A stretch of 64,000 bases of DNA from Tubiluchus corallicola (Eukaryota; Animalia; Priapulida). How positions within the stretch are numbered: the first letter of the stretch is position 1; each line of letters opens with the position of its first letter. The notes beneath the pieces are model-generated. The model saw nothing but the letters and a program-made list of their open reading frames with translations. It did not search any database and had not been told where the DNA came from. Positions 37,301 to 50,859 of this stretch are shown here, piece after piece. The stretch covers positions 248,001 to 312,000 of the forward strand of contig JAQGDQ010000132.1 of assembly GCA_030141605.1 (NCBI GenBank), written 5' to 3'. A program made the position numbers and the translations under genes.

Positions 37301-40300
37301 AGTATACGAGAGCTAGTTAGCGCCAGTAATGTCTACATACGAAAGAAACGTGATGCCAAGCTTAGTCCAGATAGAACTCTCTTACAAAACATTGCTGTCC
37401 ATATCACCTATATGTTCAAGGTCAGATTTATGAATCATCTTGAAAATTGTATTATTATCAGTACACAACATTTAAATTCAATTGAATGATAGTTTTAATG
37501 TTGTTTCTGAATGTTATAAAGGCTTCACCTGTTAGTGCGAATTTGCACTGGACGATTTCTCTAGCACACGCGAGCTGAAAGTAACCATTAATTTGTTTCA
37601 TTTTTTCGTTATGCAGATATTTGGTGCTATTGAAGGTGAAGAACAGATTGGGTTTCCTCGAAGTTCTGCGAAGACCACTATGAATGTAGGAGCTTTTTTC
37701 CATTATTTGCTTTTTCAATTCACATGCTGTTTTGAAAATTTTTGTTTAGTGTTTAGTGTTTTGTTACTGAAAATAACTGAAATTATTGTATCTGTGTAAT
37801 GCTAAATTAATAACTACGTATGTTAAGATTAGATTAGTTTATTTCAGCACAAAAGCCATACAAGAAAATAAACAAAAAACATTGCATCACACTACAATAA
37901 AATACTACAATAAGAGCTACACTAAAATACTATTATATACAAACATTCTATAAATAAGCATTCGTAGCTACAACGTTTGACGGTTATTATTTAGAATTAT
38001 TATTATATTCACACAGTTTATTCACAAATGTCATTAGGGACTTATTGCCAAATTGCTAATTTATTCTAATATTATGTCTTATATGTACCAACTTTTAATA
38101 ACGCATTTATCTAGATTTGCTTACGTAAATAGAGGAGAATGCCTTCTTATCAGTAGTAAAAACTGTGTGGTGTAAACTGCAAAATGAAATTATTTAAAAT
38201 AAAAAAATAAAGAGAATTTCCTTGTTTTTTCAGCTGTAAGTGCAGCACATAAATAGACAATCCTGTCAATTTTTTACTAAACTCTTTACTCTTATTTCAG
38301 ATACCATGTATAAATGTATAAAACGTATGATGTAATTCACAGTTGTTTTATAAGGCTAGTTTTTTAAGCCTGTGATAGAAATAGTCTCTTGTTCCACATC
38401 TTAAAATAACGAGATTTTATGACTTGTACGGAGTTAACAATAGTTGGTAGATGTTTATTCTTCACAATTTCCAGTATTTGTTTTCCTGTATTATAACAGG
38501 CTTTCCTACAAAGGTTTGAAAGCACTAACGCTTTTAATTTTTTACTATTTATTTTGTACTTTTGTTATTGCGTTGATGGCAGTTTTTCAGGCATCCCTGC
38601 TACTAGTATGTAATGGCTTCGTAATGGACAGAACTTGTGCATTATAATGACTTTTGCTTTTATTTTAGCTTGAAGCTACTGTGATGCCTTATCTGTCAGC
38701 GTTTGCTGATTTCCGGGAAGACGTCCGCAAAGTAGCTAGGGAACAGAAAGGTATAATAACAATAGTCAGATTATGACTGTTTGCTAGAGTGTTTATAAAC
38801 CATTGCGTTTTATTTTTAACAATTATTACCCATTGTGGATAATGAGTTGGAGAAAGAAAAGAGACGCTAAAAAATTGTGGGCTAGTCAAGATTTGAACCG
38901 TAGACCTGGTATTAGTACTCCCATTCTCTGTTAGCTGAGCTACTAGTTCAACATGACAAAGCAGGCCCGAGATTTCCTCCTTGTAGCACACAACCCAGTA
39001 ATGCCACCTTTTAACTAATTAATGATATTGTTAGTTGCCAGCTAATTTGAGAAAAATAATAGTAAATAGTTCTACTAATTTTGACAGTAAGAGTAAAGGT
39101 GCAGCAGCAACAACAACTGCCATTCTGTTATCGAAGTCAATTTGCAGAAAATTAATACTACTGTCTAGTTAATACAATATGTACATTTTTATTGAATGAA
39201 CTTAGTATGGTAACAGAATTTTCCAGTAGATTACAATTTTCCTTTAGACACAATGTAATTAAAGCTCTGCAATGAAACAAGAATTAAAATCGTAGTCATT
39301 ACTTACGTATTTACTATCGAAATGGTGAATATTATTAATTGATCAATATATGGACTTTTGCGAAACTAATCAAAATAGCAACAATAAAACCAACTTGGCA
39401 CTGAAAAATGAAGATGAAAAACCATAAATCGGAATCAAGCTGGCAAACCTGTGAAAGTTAAGTACAAGCAGCATTAATAAATTCCTAAAATGATTTAAAT
39501 TGTGATCTAATTTTTCTGCTTAGCTACTATCTATTGTTTTAATAATTGGTAAAATTATTAAATCATAAATTGGTATTGGTAAAATCGTAATTGTGTAATT
39601 TTCGAATAGTGAGCACACGATTCTCAAACATGACAAGCTTCAGTTTTAATATTATTGAATTATTATATTCTTTTTATTTTCAGGGACAGAAATTCTCAGA
39701 TTATGTGATTCTGTTAGAGATGATGTGTTGCCTAACCTTGGTGTTAGACTGGAAGATCACGAAGGGCAAGCACCAGTGCTTAAGCTGGTCGATCGGGGAA
39801 CTTTATTGAAAGAGAGAGAAATAAAACTGAAGGTAATGTAGCTAAAAACATTCTTACAAACAATTCATTTATTCTACTATTTTTAGTTTAATATTCGATT
39901 CTATCTGTAGGACTAACAGAACACTAACGTCTTTTGCATTATTATCAAAAAATTTAAAAAACGTATATTTTCTTAGAATCTGTTCGTATTTCTGTTAGTT
40001 TTAGGCACATGTTTTTGTGCAACAACAAGACATCATTTGAGCTGTACTTTTCAGTAAATTTGTCATGAGAATTGGAACTAGGTAAAATCGATAAACAAGA
40101 ACCGATTACCTATCCATTTGGTGGCCAGTGTAACATTGCTGCTATTAGGTTACTAAGCACACACAATGATCGCTAACTGCTCACCACAAAATTTGTAACT
40201 AATGCATGTTTTATGTACTAAAGTTTGGCTTGTACCACTATTCATTTGCCCTAACGAGCTAACAAATTCCTTATGTAATGAGTTATTGTTTGGTGTCCTA

Positions 40301-41938
40301 ATGGGAGAAGTTCAGATCATAAACATCTGACAAAACTTGAAACCTAAGAAATCCTGTGTAACATCAAGGCAAAGCAAGCCCAAATTAGAGTAGAAAGCCT
40401 TCTAGGGCAAGCAACTCCTTCATTTGCATTTTACGATTGATAAAAAAGTGTTAAAATGTGACCACGCCATGTTACTTTTAGAGTTTTTAAATGACTACGG
40501 AGTTAAGTTCAACACCTAATTTTAGGTTGTATTTGTGATTATATGGATGAGGCTAAACCTTGAAGACATGTAACTGATTTTCAATGTGATTACAATGGCC
40601 AGTAATTATTAATATTACTGCAAGGAAACGTCGTTGTGTTAGTTTGATTATTACACATTCGCTTACTGGTATCAGTTGCTTTGTTTGTACAGCAAGAAGA
40701 AGAAAAAAGGTTGGAAAAAGAAAAGAAGAAGAAGGAGCAGGAGGAAGCTGCAGCAGCAAGAGATGCCCAACGAAAAATTCCTCCGTCTGAATTATTTCTT
40801 TCAGAGAAAGACAAATATTCAAAGTTTGATGACCGGGTACTTGTTTAGTGAATGTTTGCTAGTTGTAAGATGGTTTTGCTTATTAGCAAGATGTGTAAAA
40901 AAAATTTGAAGAGCTTCTTGCATTGGCAGTCATATAACTGACATATAACTATAGTTGTGGTCTAAATTTTCTCATCATGTTTTACAAGCTATGAAGCAAA
41001 TGTAATGCTCAGCTTAGTATTGCATGTACATATCTTTAATTGTTACAGTATTAATTTAAAAGAAAACAGGATAATTTTTCATATCCTACCCATTATGAAG
41101 TATCCTGAAAACTATTCATTTTAACACGAATAATACTGCAAAAGCATTTCTGATAATTAGATAATAGGTTGAGATCTTAATTAACTGCAGAGGAGCCCAA
41201 CTATTGATGACATCACCAATGAACATAATTTTTAACAGCACAAACATTCTATGAGCGTGTGTGAAAGCGATGAGTGAAGTACAGTACTACTGTAAGAGAT
41301 TCAGTGTGATATACTAAAGCTTGGCAAGTTTTAAGATATAATTCAAAAAATTTCAAATTCACTGCTGTACTCATGCATGAGCTCTTGATGTGTGCACTAC
41401 ATCACAAACGAACACCTCTGAAATGAGAACTACAGCACCTTTTTTTGTGCAATGCGTTTCCAAAAAGCAGCAGTTTGTGTAGTTATAATTCTTTCACGTA
41501 AGTCATTCTTTAGAAAATACTCAGTTCACTTTCAATATTTTAAAAGAGTAGACTGTTTTGACCTATAGCGTAAGATGGTTTTACTCTAAAATTTAGAGAA
41601 AAATAACATTTAAAGATTTTAACTAAAACATGTTCATCTTACTCTGCTTCAGAATCAGTAGAACTGTTTTGTTTTGCATACCAAGTGAAATCTCCTAAAA
41701 TTATTACCCTCACTTTAGTACTATCAAGTGGTTCTCTAGGTCCAGATCAGCTATCGTAATATGCATGGATGTGTTTTAGGGAATGCCAACTCATGATGTG
41801 GAAGACAAAGAGCTACCAAAATCTGCTGTGAAGAAACTGACTAAGCTTTATCAGCAGCAGGAGAAGCGATATAATGATTACCTGCAAAGTATTGATGTGA
41901 AAAACAGTATTTGCAATTATATTGGTGATGCGAGATAG
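28325..41938 (+). CDS. CARS1: Cysteine--tRNA ligase, cytoplasmic
   Basis: Exons 28325-28346 (GC donor), 29414-29591, 30228-30324, 30670-30768, 31495-31641, 32230-32370, 33514-33724, 34172-34284, 35029-35157, 35771-35888, 36281-36396, 36807-36948, 37272-37420, 37617-37685, 38669-38750, 39684-39832, 40693-40836, 41780-41938, all in phase. Motifs [81 protein letters not shown], and the eukaryotic C-terminal [14 protein letters not shown]. Confidence 0.97.
30437..30493. repeat. (GTR)n / GTGGTA microsatellite
   Basis: ggtagttgtagtggtagtggtagtggtagctgtagtggtagtggtaatggtagttg; accounts for the poly-V and poly-T ORFs. Confidence 0.9.
32684..32912. repeat. ~35-bp minisatellite, ~6 diverged copies
   Basis: Repeated ttttgtcagacttgtctgttaattgtgtgagtt in CARS1 intron 6. 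Confidence 0.9.
33170..33408 (-). mobile_element. tRNA-derived SINE with a conserved central core (MetaSINE-like) and LINE-type tail
   Basis: Minus strand: tRNA-like head ggtggcaatggtagcatgctcgcttcacacccgggaggatgtgaattcaactc, core ccgagtcataccaaagacttgaaaaattgtacc, 3' gggaccaccttggaaataag, then (tta)n. Core assignment is from recall. Confidence 0.7.
34728..34811 (+). pseudogene. tRNA-like sequence (Ala-TGC-like anticodon arm); tRNA pseudogene or SINE head
   Basis: A box TGGCCTAGTGG, anticodon arm TCTGC-CTTGCAA-GTAGA, B box GGTTCAAAT, ends GGAATACGG / CTGTTTCC can pair, then an oligo-T run. T-stem is broken. Confidence 0.6.
38869..38950 (-). pseudogene. Degenerate tRNA-like / SINE head in CARS1 intron 15
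   Basis: Minus strand actagTAGCTCAGCTAACAGAG...ggtctacGGTTCAAATCttgactagc followed by a T run. Confidence 0.55.
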
Positions 41939-44352
41939 ACATCTGTATGGATTTATTTCTCTTTCGTATGGGTAGTGTTTATGGTTGCGTTGCCCAGTTG
42001 CAGTAATATGGTAATGAGATGCTAAAACAACTCAAAGGTAAACGGTAATTTAAGGTAAGCGAGAGATGGTGTTAACCTCAGCTGCAGCTAGTGCCTTAGG
42101 TGATGGAATATGTCTGGAAGATCGGAACACGGTTGTATTTTATGTGATTCAAGCTGGAACGATAATTACATGTAATTAAGATGTCATAAGTTGAGATGCA
42201 AACTACAAAGACCAATCACGTTCTACTATTTTAGCAAAAAACTGTTACACATTTTCTGGTTTAGCATGTTGAGATTTTATTCTGATCTTGGTTACTTGTT
42301 TCTGCATAACTAAAAATAATGCACTAGTAATCAAGTGTTGGAGAACTAATGTAGTCAGGTAATAGATTTATAAACTGCATCATTAACTGTAGTGTTTAAC
42401 AAGTCAAGGCTGGTGAGGATTCACAACAGTTAAAATTGAGAAACAAATCAGTTAGCAGCACAAGCTTCATATTTCTTCTGAACAGATGTCACCATGTTAT
42501 ACTTCATGAATGTACATTTACCGGCACTTTTATAGTGTTTGTACCATCATTTTGTAAAATCGGTGTTGAGTTAACAAAAGTTTGTCTTCTTTTGGAATAG
42601 AGCAGTGTGAATACTTGAGAATCACTTCATAAAATGTGCACAAGTTGTTTTTGATACCATTATCTTTATTTTTAATATTTAAGCTGAAATAATAATTATG
42701 TTTGTAATATGTTAAACCACAAAACTTGATTTTCTTCTTTATTGAAAAAATTGAAATTCATAGTTTTGCACATTCCTGCATATCAAAACATAATTAAAAT
42801 ATATAACTGCTTGCATCTAGGTTAAAGATCAAGACTTGAAAAATTAAGGTGAAATACCTGGTGAGGACCCGTTAGAAGACATATGTGAAATAAAGCGATG
42901 ATAGTGATTATAAAATGTTGTGGAAGACGGAAAGAAAGTAACACAAATAAGAGTGGAAGCAAAATGAATAAATATAAAGACAAATAAAAATGGAAGGCTT
43001 TCTCGAATTTCATGAATAATATTTCACTCTCAAAAACCAGTACATTTACAAATTGCACATCTGATCACATTTTACAACGTGCAGATGATAATGCCTGACT
43101 GCAAAAAAATACCAGCCAGTGCATTTATAAGGAATGACTGACAACACACCACCATTTTGTACAGCATTAATATTATAGTATAAACTGGGGTTACTTAAAG
43201 ATGTTAACTGAACATGTGAGACATTACTTGAAAAAAGGCATATGCAGTACACTATGTAACTGACTAATTTAATTCATTAATTCACTATATTTATTATTTA
43301 TGTCTGCTATAAACTAAGTTGATATACATTATTGAGCCATACGCATATTAAATTAAAACATGATAATTTATACAAATTCGTTCTGCATCGAATTTAAATA
43401 CTAGACAGGATCACCAGTGAACCTTTAATAATATGTTTATACAATATAAACCAGGCTGTTTTTATCTTAATAATAACTATGAGAAAGCTCTCCTGTTTAG
43501 ACTCATTTTAATTAACTGTCCAAAATATACATGTTCTTGCCTATAAAAGTTAGCAATTGTTCCTTATATTTGAATAATTAGCTTAGAAAGTTAGTTAACG
43601 GCGACCGAACACAGCTATTGCTTACGCCAGAAACTAATCACAGTTTGTGCAATGGCAGGCGTCTTCCCTTGCACATCAAGCACATTTACATGAGTGTTAC
43701 AGTACTGCTTAAATGCGTGGTGTCACGAAAAATGGGCTTTACATCATATGACGTCAGAAACTAACACTGGAGTTCATGATCATGGTTATCAGGGTATCGC
43801 CTTCTATTTGTTGGCCACGCGAATGTGACAAAAAGGCGCCGCTGCCAATCTTAGTAGATTCACTGAGCCGCACGTAACTGAAAGTTTAACAAAATTTGAG
43901 TATCCGAGGTAATTAGTATTTAATCTAAGCTTTGATTTAAAAAAAACTGTTGTAGTTTTCAATATTTTAGAGCATTCTTTGTTCTGAACTATCATCCAGT
44001 TTTCCTTTAACATCTATAAAATGTTGAATGCCCTTTGCATAAAGGCATTCATAACGTTATTTCTTTCTTCCAAGAACTTTCACTCTAATGGGCGTTCGTT
44101 GTTATGAGATTATAAAGGACATTCAGTGTTTAATTCACATTAATAATAGCTATTTATTTCTGTGCTAATGGCCAAAATTTAGTAGAATTTCTTTCACAAT
44201 AAGCTACTAGTAGCAACAAAATAACTAGTAACCTAGTAACTAGTAGTTTTCCCAACCAAGTTGTGACATTGTGACAATAGAAGCATAAAGAAAAACCGGC
44301 ACACAACAGCTAAAGACAAATCGTGCATGACATATATATATACACCTTGTCA

Positions 44353-47300
44353 TCATGATTTTGCATTGTCCTCAACATTTGTTGCAAGCGGTTCTGCAAA
44401 TATATTCATCTCGGAATCGTCTGTCAACTCTGCACTAGCGTCCAAGTTTGCCAAGTCGGCCATCGTTTGCACTGCTTGCTCGCACTGTACAATAGTGCAG
44501 TCTTGATCTGACGTACAAATCTCCAGCAGCTTACGTAAATAGGTGTTCTCTTGTTTCAGACGGTTGACAGTTTTCTGATTCGTGGTGACGGCAATGTCGT
44601 CCAGTTCGACAGCTTTGTGCATGACTGCACTTATTTCTGTGATTTTCTCAGTTCGTTCTTCCAAATGCTAAAGAAAACAAAACTGATGATAATAACAGCA
44701 ATAAAAACAGATGGGACAGGCGGGGCCTGACTGTGACCTTCTGGGGCCCCTAGAATAATGAAAAAATGTCCCCCTCATTCGTCTTGAATATTTTTTGTTC
44801 GTGCTATATTTTAGCGATACTTACATAGCTTGAAGTAAACTTGCTTCAAATTCGAGAGAGTTCTACTGAGATTCTCATCATTAAAAGAGGAAAAAATTTA
44901 ATGCCCTTTATAGTCTCAAAGATTATAATATTTATTCAGCGTCTTTTGTCCAAGCGGGCCTCATCTTTTGGTACACCCTGTTTTAACATTTTATCTGTAA
45001 TTTTCAGCTGATGAGGCCCGCTAGGATGAAAGCTTGTGAATAAATATTATAATCTTTGAGACTATAAAAGGCTTTACATTTTTTTCTCACTTAATGATGA
45101 GAATGATGAAAGGGTGTTACGTTTTTTCGCTTGTTGCTAATTCTTTAAATAGACCAGAATCTTTCGTTTGCCAATAAAAATATTATTTCAGAAATACTAC
45201 TACTACTTATTGTAATTTTACTACTTATTACAAACCAAATTAGCACATACTTCAACTTACCTAGAAAAACCAGATTTTTTACCAAATGTTGCCAAAGCTT
45301 GAGGGGGCCCAAGGCTGCAGCCCATACTAGCTTATAAAATAATCCGTCATTTTTCGTTTCAATAAAACATAGTGGTTTAATTAACACAATAGTACTTATT
45401 AAATAACTTCTAGGGACTGTTTAATCACAATATATTCCCGTTATGTTAAGGTTTTAATCACACTCATCCTATGACCATTACGTCTGTTACAAACATTGGG
45501 TAGGGCAGAATTCCAAAAAAATCTGCTCTCAAGACACAGCAGTTACATGTAACCACTAGATGCAGATATGTCAGAGGTTTGTCAGCACCATATTTGTTAT
45601 AATACACTTAATCACACCTCTATGTGTACTTGCAAGCCAAAACCGTTCACAAGTTGGCAAAGTCAAAACTGTGTTATGATGCTTTAAAGTAGAATGCACC
45701 AAAAATAGGGTCAAACCATATTTTTTGTTTGTTTATTAAAACAAACGCTAAACGTATTTTACTTTATGTTCTAGCACCAAAATGTTGCGAAATTGTTTAG
45801 AAAATACTAAAAACTTAATTTTATAATTCTTACTTCCCTGCCTAAAAATTACTATTGCATTTGTCAAAAACTCACAGTTTTAAACTCCGACAGTAGCCTG
45901 TGGAACTAGTTATTTTGTTTGCATTTTTTCCTATTGCCAATCCAAGCTACCATTGTTCGGAAGGGCCATCTACAGGATTTAAATATAAGTTCAATGTGCT
46001 CTTGCAAAGTTCATAGTAATCACCTGTTTGTACAACTTCCAAGTGTATTTGTAGAAGTGCAACAAAAAATAAAACGACAAACTTAACAGTAATTTCTCAC
46101 TATTATGTTTTTCATTGTGCAGCCTGCACCTCAACTTCAATGTGGATTATCTCAGGTTAGAAATAACATACAGCAGTGAACTTGGTTTCAAAATGATCCT
46201 CATGAAATACAGATTCAGGATATGCAAACAACAACAGAAAGCTTAACGGCCGACTTCTGGGCATTTTTGCTCACATATTGTTTATAACCACAGCATTTGC
46301 ATATTACTAACAATTAATAAATTGCAGAATATTATTGGAGTGCTACTGTTTGCAGACCTCATTAGAAATTTTTTATGCAAGTGCATAACAAGTGAAGAAA
46401 GTTATATCTATTGAAAACTGCAAAACATCCGATGAGTTAAGGTTTTACCATGACTGCAGTATGAACTGCTGTTATGATGTAACCAATAACAGATTTTTGT
46501 ATCGCCTGTTACATACTTCTGCAATATGATCTTTGTGCGGAAGTGGTGCCACCTTCATTTGATTTCCAGAAGCTAGTTTCATCATTTGTTCGCGGTACTT
46601 GTTCATAATCAGCTCCAACGCACTCTGGTGCTCCTCAAGAGCGATTCTCAATTCCTTGTTCTCTTGCTGAAGCTGTCGAATTTGTCGATTTTCAGCTTGT
46701 ATGCCGAGGACCAGCGAGGCACGTGGGCGATGTCGCGCTGCCTCATTTAACTGGACCAGTTCCAGCTGATACTAAAATACAGAAATAAAACAAATTAATA
46801 GCTACATTAGTCAATTGCCTATTTTTGCAACTGGTGACGACTTTTTTCCAGTAGTTTCTAAAACCTGTATGCCGAATTAATTAAATCACTCAAACTATTG
46901 ATAAGTTTTTGATTCTAGATCTTCTAAAGTGAATTAGAAACACTAGCTAAGAACAACTTTAAAGTTTTAGTCTTTTGAAAGTAATTAACTAAATTTCATT
47001 CATTTGTTGCACAAATATGAGAGAAAAACTCATTGTGGACACCAGTCTGACTAAAAATGATGGCTATGATATGGCTAGGTCATAGGGCTATGAAAAACAC
47101 GATACGTCTAGGTCACGAATTCATGATATGATACATGTCGCAATACACCTGATTTAACGTTTGCAGGTTTTACAAAAAAAAACTAGATGAGGCCATTGAT
47201 AATAAATGCTAAACATATTTTATCAGTCAACATATTTTAGCAGTTTTAGGATTACTAAATGCTAAAATGACTCGACAAACTGTTTTATTCTAGTGTAATG

Positions 47301-48100
47301 TAATGTTGTGTAATGTGTAATTGTTTGTATCAAGAAAAAGCCACAAAAACAAAACATATCAATACTTTAGATTTAAAAATCGCTTGAGCATTTTCCAGTT
47401 CATGTTTATCATTTCACAAGCTTATGTGTAACATAAGTAGCCTACTACAGACTGCTAAACACTGTGTTTTCAAACGCTTTGGCTACTAGCAGTACCTGTG
47501 TCAAGTCATGTACTTCAATGTGATTGATACGTATCAACATTACACTCTACAGCTGGAGCTTGAATTACTTCACATCGCTTTTATCAGTTTACAGTCAAGA
47601 AGTAGTAATTTGCTAAATACCACTGACTCAGATTATCACGACACGGGCTCATTTTCGCAATACACATATCATAAAAGATATCACAGTGCAACGATACATC
47701 GATGTATACAGGCCTACTAAAAATAATATAATACAAAACGGAAAATGGCAGCTTATAAATATTAACCGAATGTTTTCATAATTATATCAAATGTAAACAT
47801 AGACAGACACTAATGCACACAGTTGATATAATGAAAAAATGTCATGAGATAGGACTAGCAAATTTTGTTTGAGCTTGCCTTTTCAGTTGAGTAGCAGTTT
47901 CGATTGCTCACCTTGATATAAAAAGGTCAACGCACTGAAATGAACTGAGGTAAACTGCAACCTACCCTTCTCATAGTCTCCACTTTGCAGGCCATGTGAG
48001 AAGCTTGTGCGATAAGAGCATCTGCGTTCGTGTTATGTTCCCGTAAACGCTCCACCAAGTGTCGCGCATCCGACAATACTTGTTGAATAGAGCAAGCCAT
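44353..48100 (-). CDS. FGFR1OP2: FGFR1 oncogene partner 2 / SIKE family coiled-coil protein (STRIPAK subunit)
   Basis: Exons 48100-47966, 46771-46517, 44667-44353, phase 0. MACSIQQVLSDARHLVERLREH...YQLELVQLNEAARHRPRASLVLGIQAENRQIRQLQQENKELRIALEEHQSALELIMNKYREQM...KITEISAVMHKAVELDD...LKQENTYLRKLLEI matches the family. Confidence 0.93.
44871..45104. repeat. Inverted repeat (two ~95-bp arms, 44-bp spacer) carrying hammerhead-like motifs
   Basis: 44871-44965 is the reverse complement of 45010-45104, with a perfect core tttatagtctcaaagattataatatttattca. The right arm reads CTGATGAggcccgctaggatGAAAgctt. Confidence 0.9.
47082..47715. mobile_element. Possible degenerate hAT-like MITE
   Basis: Ends tagggcta... 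and ...acaggccta with several cgatac/gatatc subterminal motifs at both ends; no clear TSD. Confidence 0.4.
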
Positions 48101-49289
48101 TGATTATGATACCAACTGTAATTATAAAAAAATATTTTAAATTATTGTGTCATAAAAGCATTAAAATTGTTATTAAAATGATAGCGCTGAACATAATGTG
48201 AAAGCTTAACACCTTTTTGCTGACAATTTTAATTTAAAGAGGAGGGATTTTAAAGTAGGTCTCAAAAAACTTGCCATACAAAGTTATATTACTTGCTGTT
48301 CAAATGGCTGTGCTTAACAGTCACTTACAAGTTTACTGTTAACGCAACCCCTGTATCTAATAAGACAGCACTTAAGTGATACAAAATTTCAAGCTGTACT
48401 GAATTCTCCCCTTTCAAACAGCCTTAGGCACATTCCTCACACTGACAATACGGTAAATATAAATGTCACAAATTGTTATTGGACTCTACCTTGTGTATTA
48501 TTATGTGTTGCTCTACCTTGCATTAATATTAGCACACACTATACCACACTAAATTAACTTTTGGTTTACAAATTACGTTCTTTTTGTTTTACAAGCTCTG
48601 CTACTAATCCCTTCCTTGCTACCTCAGCTTTCTCAGTGACTTCACTCACAAAACATTTTCTTTAGACAGAAATTTTGTTTTCACATTGTATCATATCACT
48701 CAATATATTTGTCACATCACCTAAACTGCAAGTAGCCCAGTCTTCCCTAAACTTCTTTTATGGTAGCTGACTCGATAACGTGTGACGTTTCCCTCTATTC
48801 GCATAAGTTCATGTGTGCATTTATGAATGAATGAATAAAACGATGATCGGATTTATTATATGACCTTACAAAATTTGCTTATCTAAACAAAGATGATATA
48901 ATACCAGACAATAACAGAATAAAAACAATTAACAAACTGAGTTATAGAGTTATAATTCTATGATTTTCTCGCTTAACTCCCACGTCCTGACGCTATAGCT
49001 ACAAATAACAATAACAAAAGTCACAGGCCAAACAATCTGCTTACAGGGTTCTGAGTCTGGAGTTTTTTGCTGTTGTATATATGGGATTAGAGTAATTCCA
49101 GTAAACTGATTTTAATAATAACTCGCTTTAATAAAAATATTCAGAATTAGAATAATTACGTTCTCGGTATCACTTAGAAGCCTAATATTTAATCATAAAA
49201 CAAAAAACAAAGTACAATAATTAGTTATTTACTAACAAATTTGCCAAAATTTCACTGTAATTTACATCAACTGTTAACGCTACCGTCCT

Positions 49290-49557
49290 CCGTCTGGCAA
49301 CATGCAAAATCTTTGTTTGGGCCAGTTTTCCTCAGTTTGCTGCTGTTCTGTGCTGGCACTGGCAGTTCATATATATCATAAAAATGTGTAAATACTAGTC
49401 TACTAATAATAATTATTTGGAAAGCCGTTTGGCAACATGCAAAATTTTCAAGTTGTTTTAGCCAGTATTCCTCAGTTTGTCACTGTTCTGTGCTACCAGT
49501 TCATGGATATCATAAAAATGGATAAATACTAGTCTACTATAATAATTATTTGGAAAA
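49290..49557. repeat. Tandem duplication of a ~135-bp unit upstream of FGFR1OP2
   Basis: ccgt(c/t)tggcaacatgcaaaat...cctcagtttg...tcataaaaatg...taaatactagtctacta...taattatttggaaa at 49290 and 49425. Confidence 0.9.
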
Positions 49558-50859
49558 CTTATAAGCCAATGTTTTACGTTATTTTAATGAAAAACTACAA
49601 GCAGTTATAAAAATGAACACTAGATATCTCTTCGAGTTACGTAAGGATCGTATTTTTTTCCTTTTTATCACGTTTTTCTATCCCTTGAGTCATCACTCAT
49701 TAGGGACGTATAACAGAAACAGCAAGTTCGTAATAATTTTGCTGTATATTTGTAGCGCAATTTATATTAATGCTATCATGAAATGTATGCACTCGACTTA
49801 TTTTTAGGAAAATTAAAATATCTGGTAAACCATTGCGCTGGTTCAAAGCATCCACTGGTAAAAAACATGTTCTTGTATGCTGCTTATGTGTATACAGCTT
49901 CTCAGACTGACCATAAGTCGACTATAAGCCTGGATTAGTTTATCACAAGAAAGCAGATTAAGTCCTATAAAATATACCTCGAATTTTGCTAGCTATTGTG
50001 TACACTCCAATAAAAGTCGTGCACGTTTACATAATTTGCTTTTGAGTACTTGGCCACCTAGGTAACTACATCATTGCAGCCCAGATGGAAAAACATCTGC
50101 CAGTAGCAATGGACTCATCCAGTCGTTCCAATTAGCCAAGAAGGGAAAGACTATATGTGACTTGATGACAGTGGTCACTGAAATTGAGTTACATGTCCCG
50201 TTGCATAGCTCTTCATTTGTGACAAGGTAAATCAAGTGGATGCGAAATATGGCATACAGGCACTTTGTAAGAAACGGTTCAGGCATCTAGCAGAAAGATC
50301 AACACAATTACCTGCCATAAAGCAGAACTGACATCACACAAACGTCCAGCCAGTAGATGCATGGAGTTTAGCTGTCAGGCAGACATCACTGATGGAGTAT
50401 AGACCTTTACGAAGTAGCGAAGGAGCTCCTCGCCAGCTAGATCAGCTCCTATCTCGGATTTCGACGAGCAATCAGAAGTGATATTCGTACCTCCAAAAGT
50501 GAAATCATACACAGATGAAAGAAGCTGGAAGTAGCATCATGTCCGACAAGAACTGGACCACATCATCTGTGAAACAATGATCGGTGAAGTGATGGTGACA
50601 GTGCCAAAATGAGGAAATGGGCAGGGGTCATGCTAATTCACTAGTCAATGGCAAGGTTCACTATCACCATTCTCATTCACTATTACCAAAAGCAGGTAAA
50701 AAGCAAGCACCTAATTTTGGCTGTAGTACTTATTAAACAGGATCTTTGATTATCTACTTTCACAAGTTAGTACAAGTTAGGCTGCACAGTCTATATCAAC
50801 TGAAAAGAAATACCACCAAGTTAGTTAAACTTGCAAGATTCTAATTGGATTCTAGCTAA

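Noticed and set aside
40676-40909. Arg/Lys-rich ORF ([11 protein letters not shown])
   Set aside because: Alternative frame of CARS1 exon 17.
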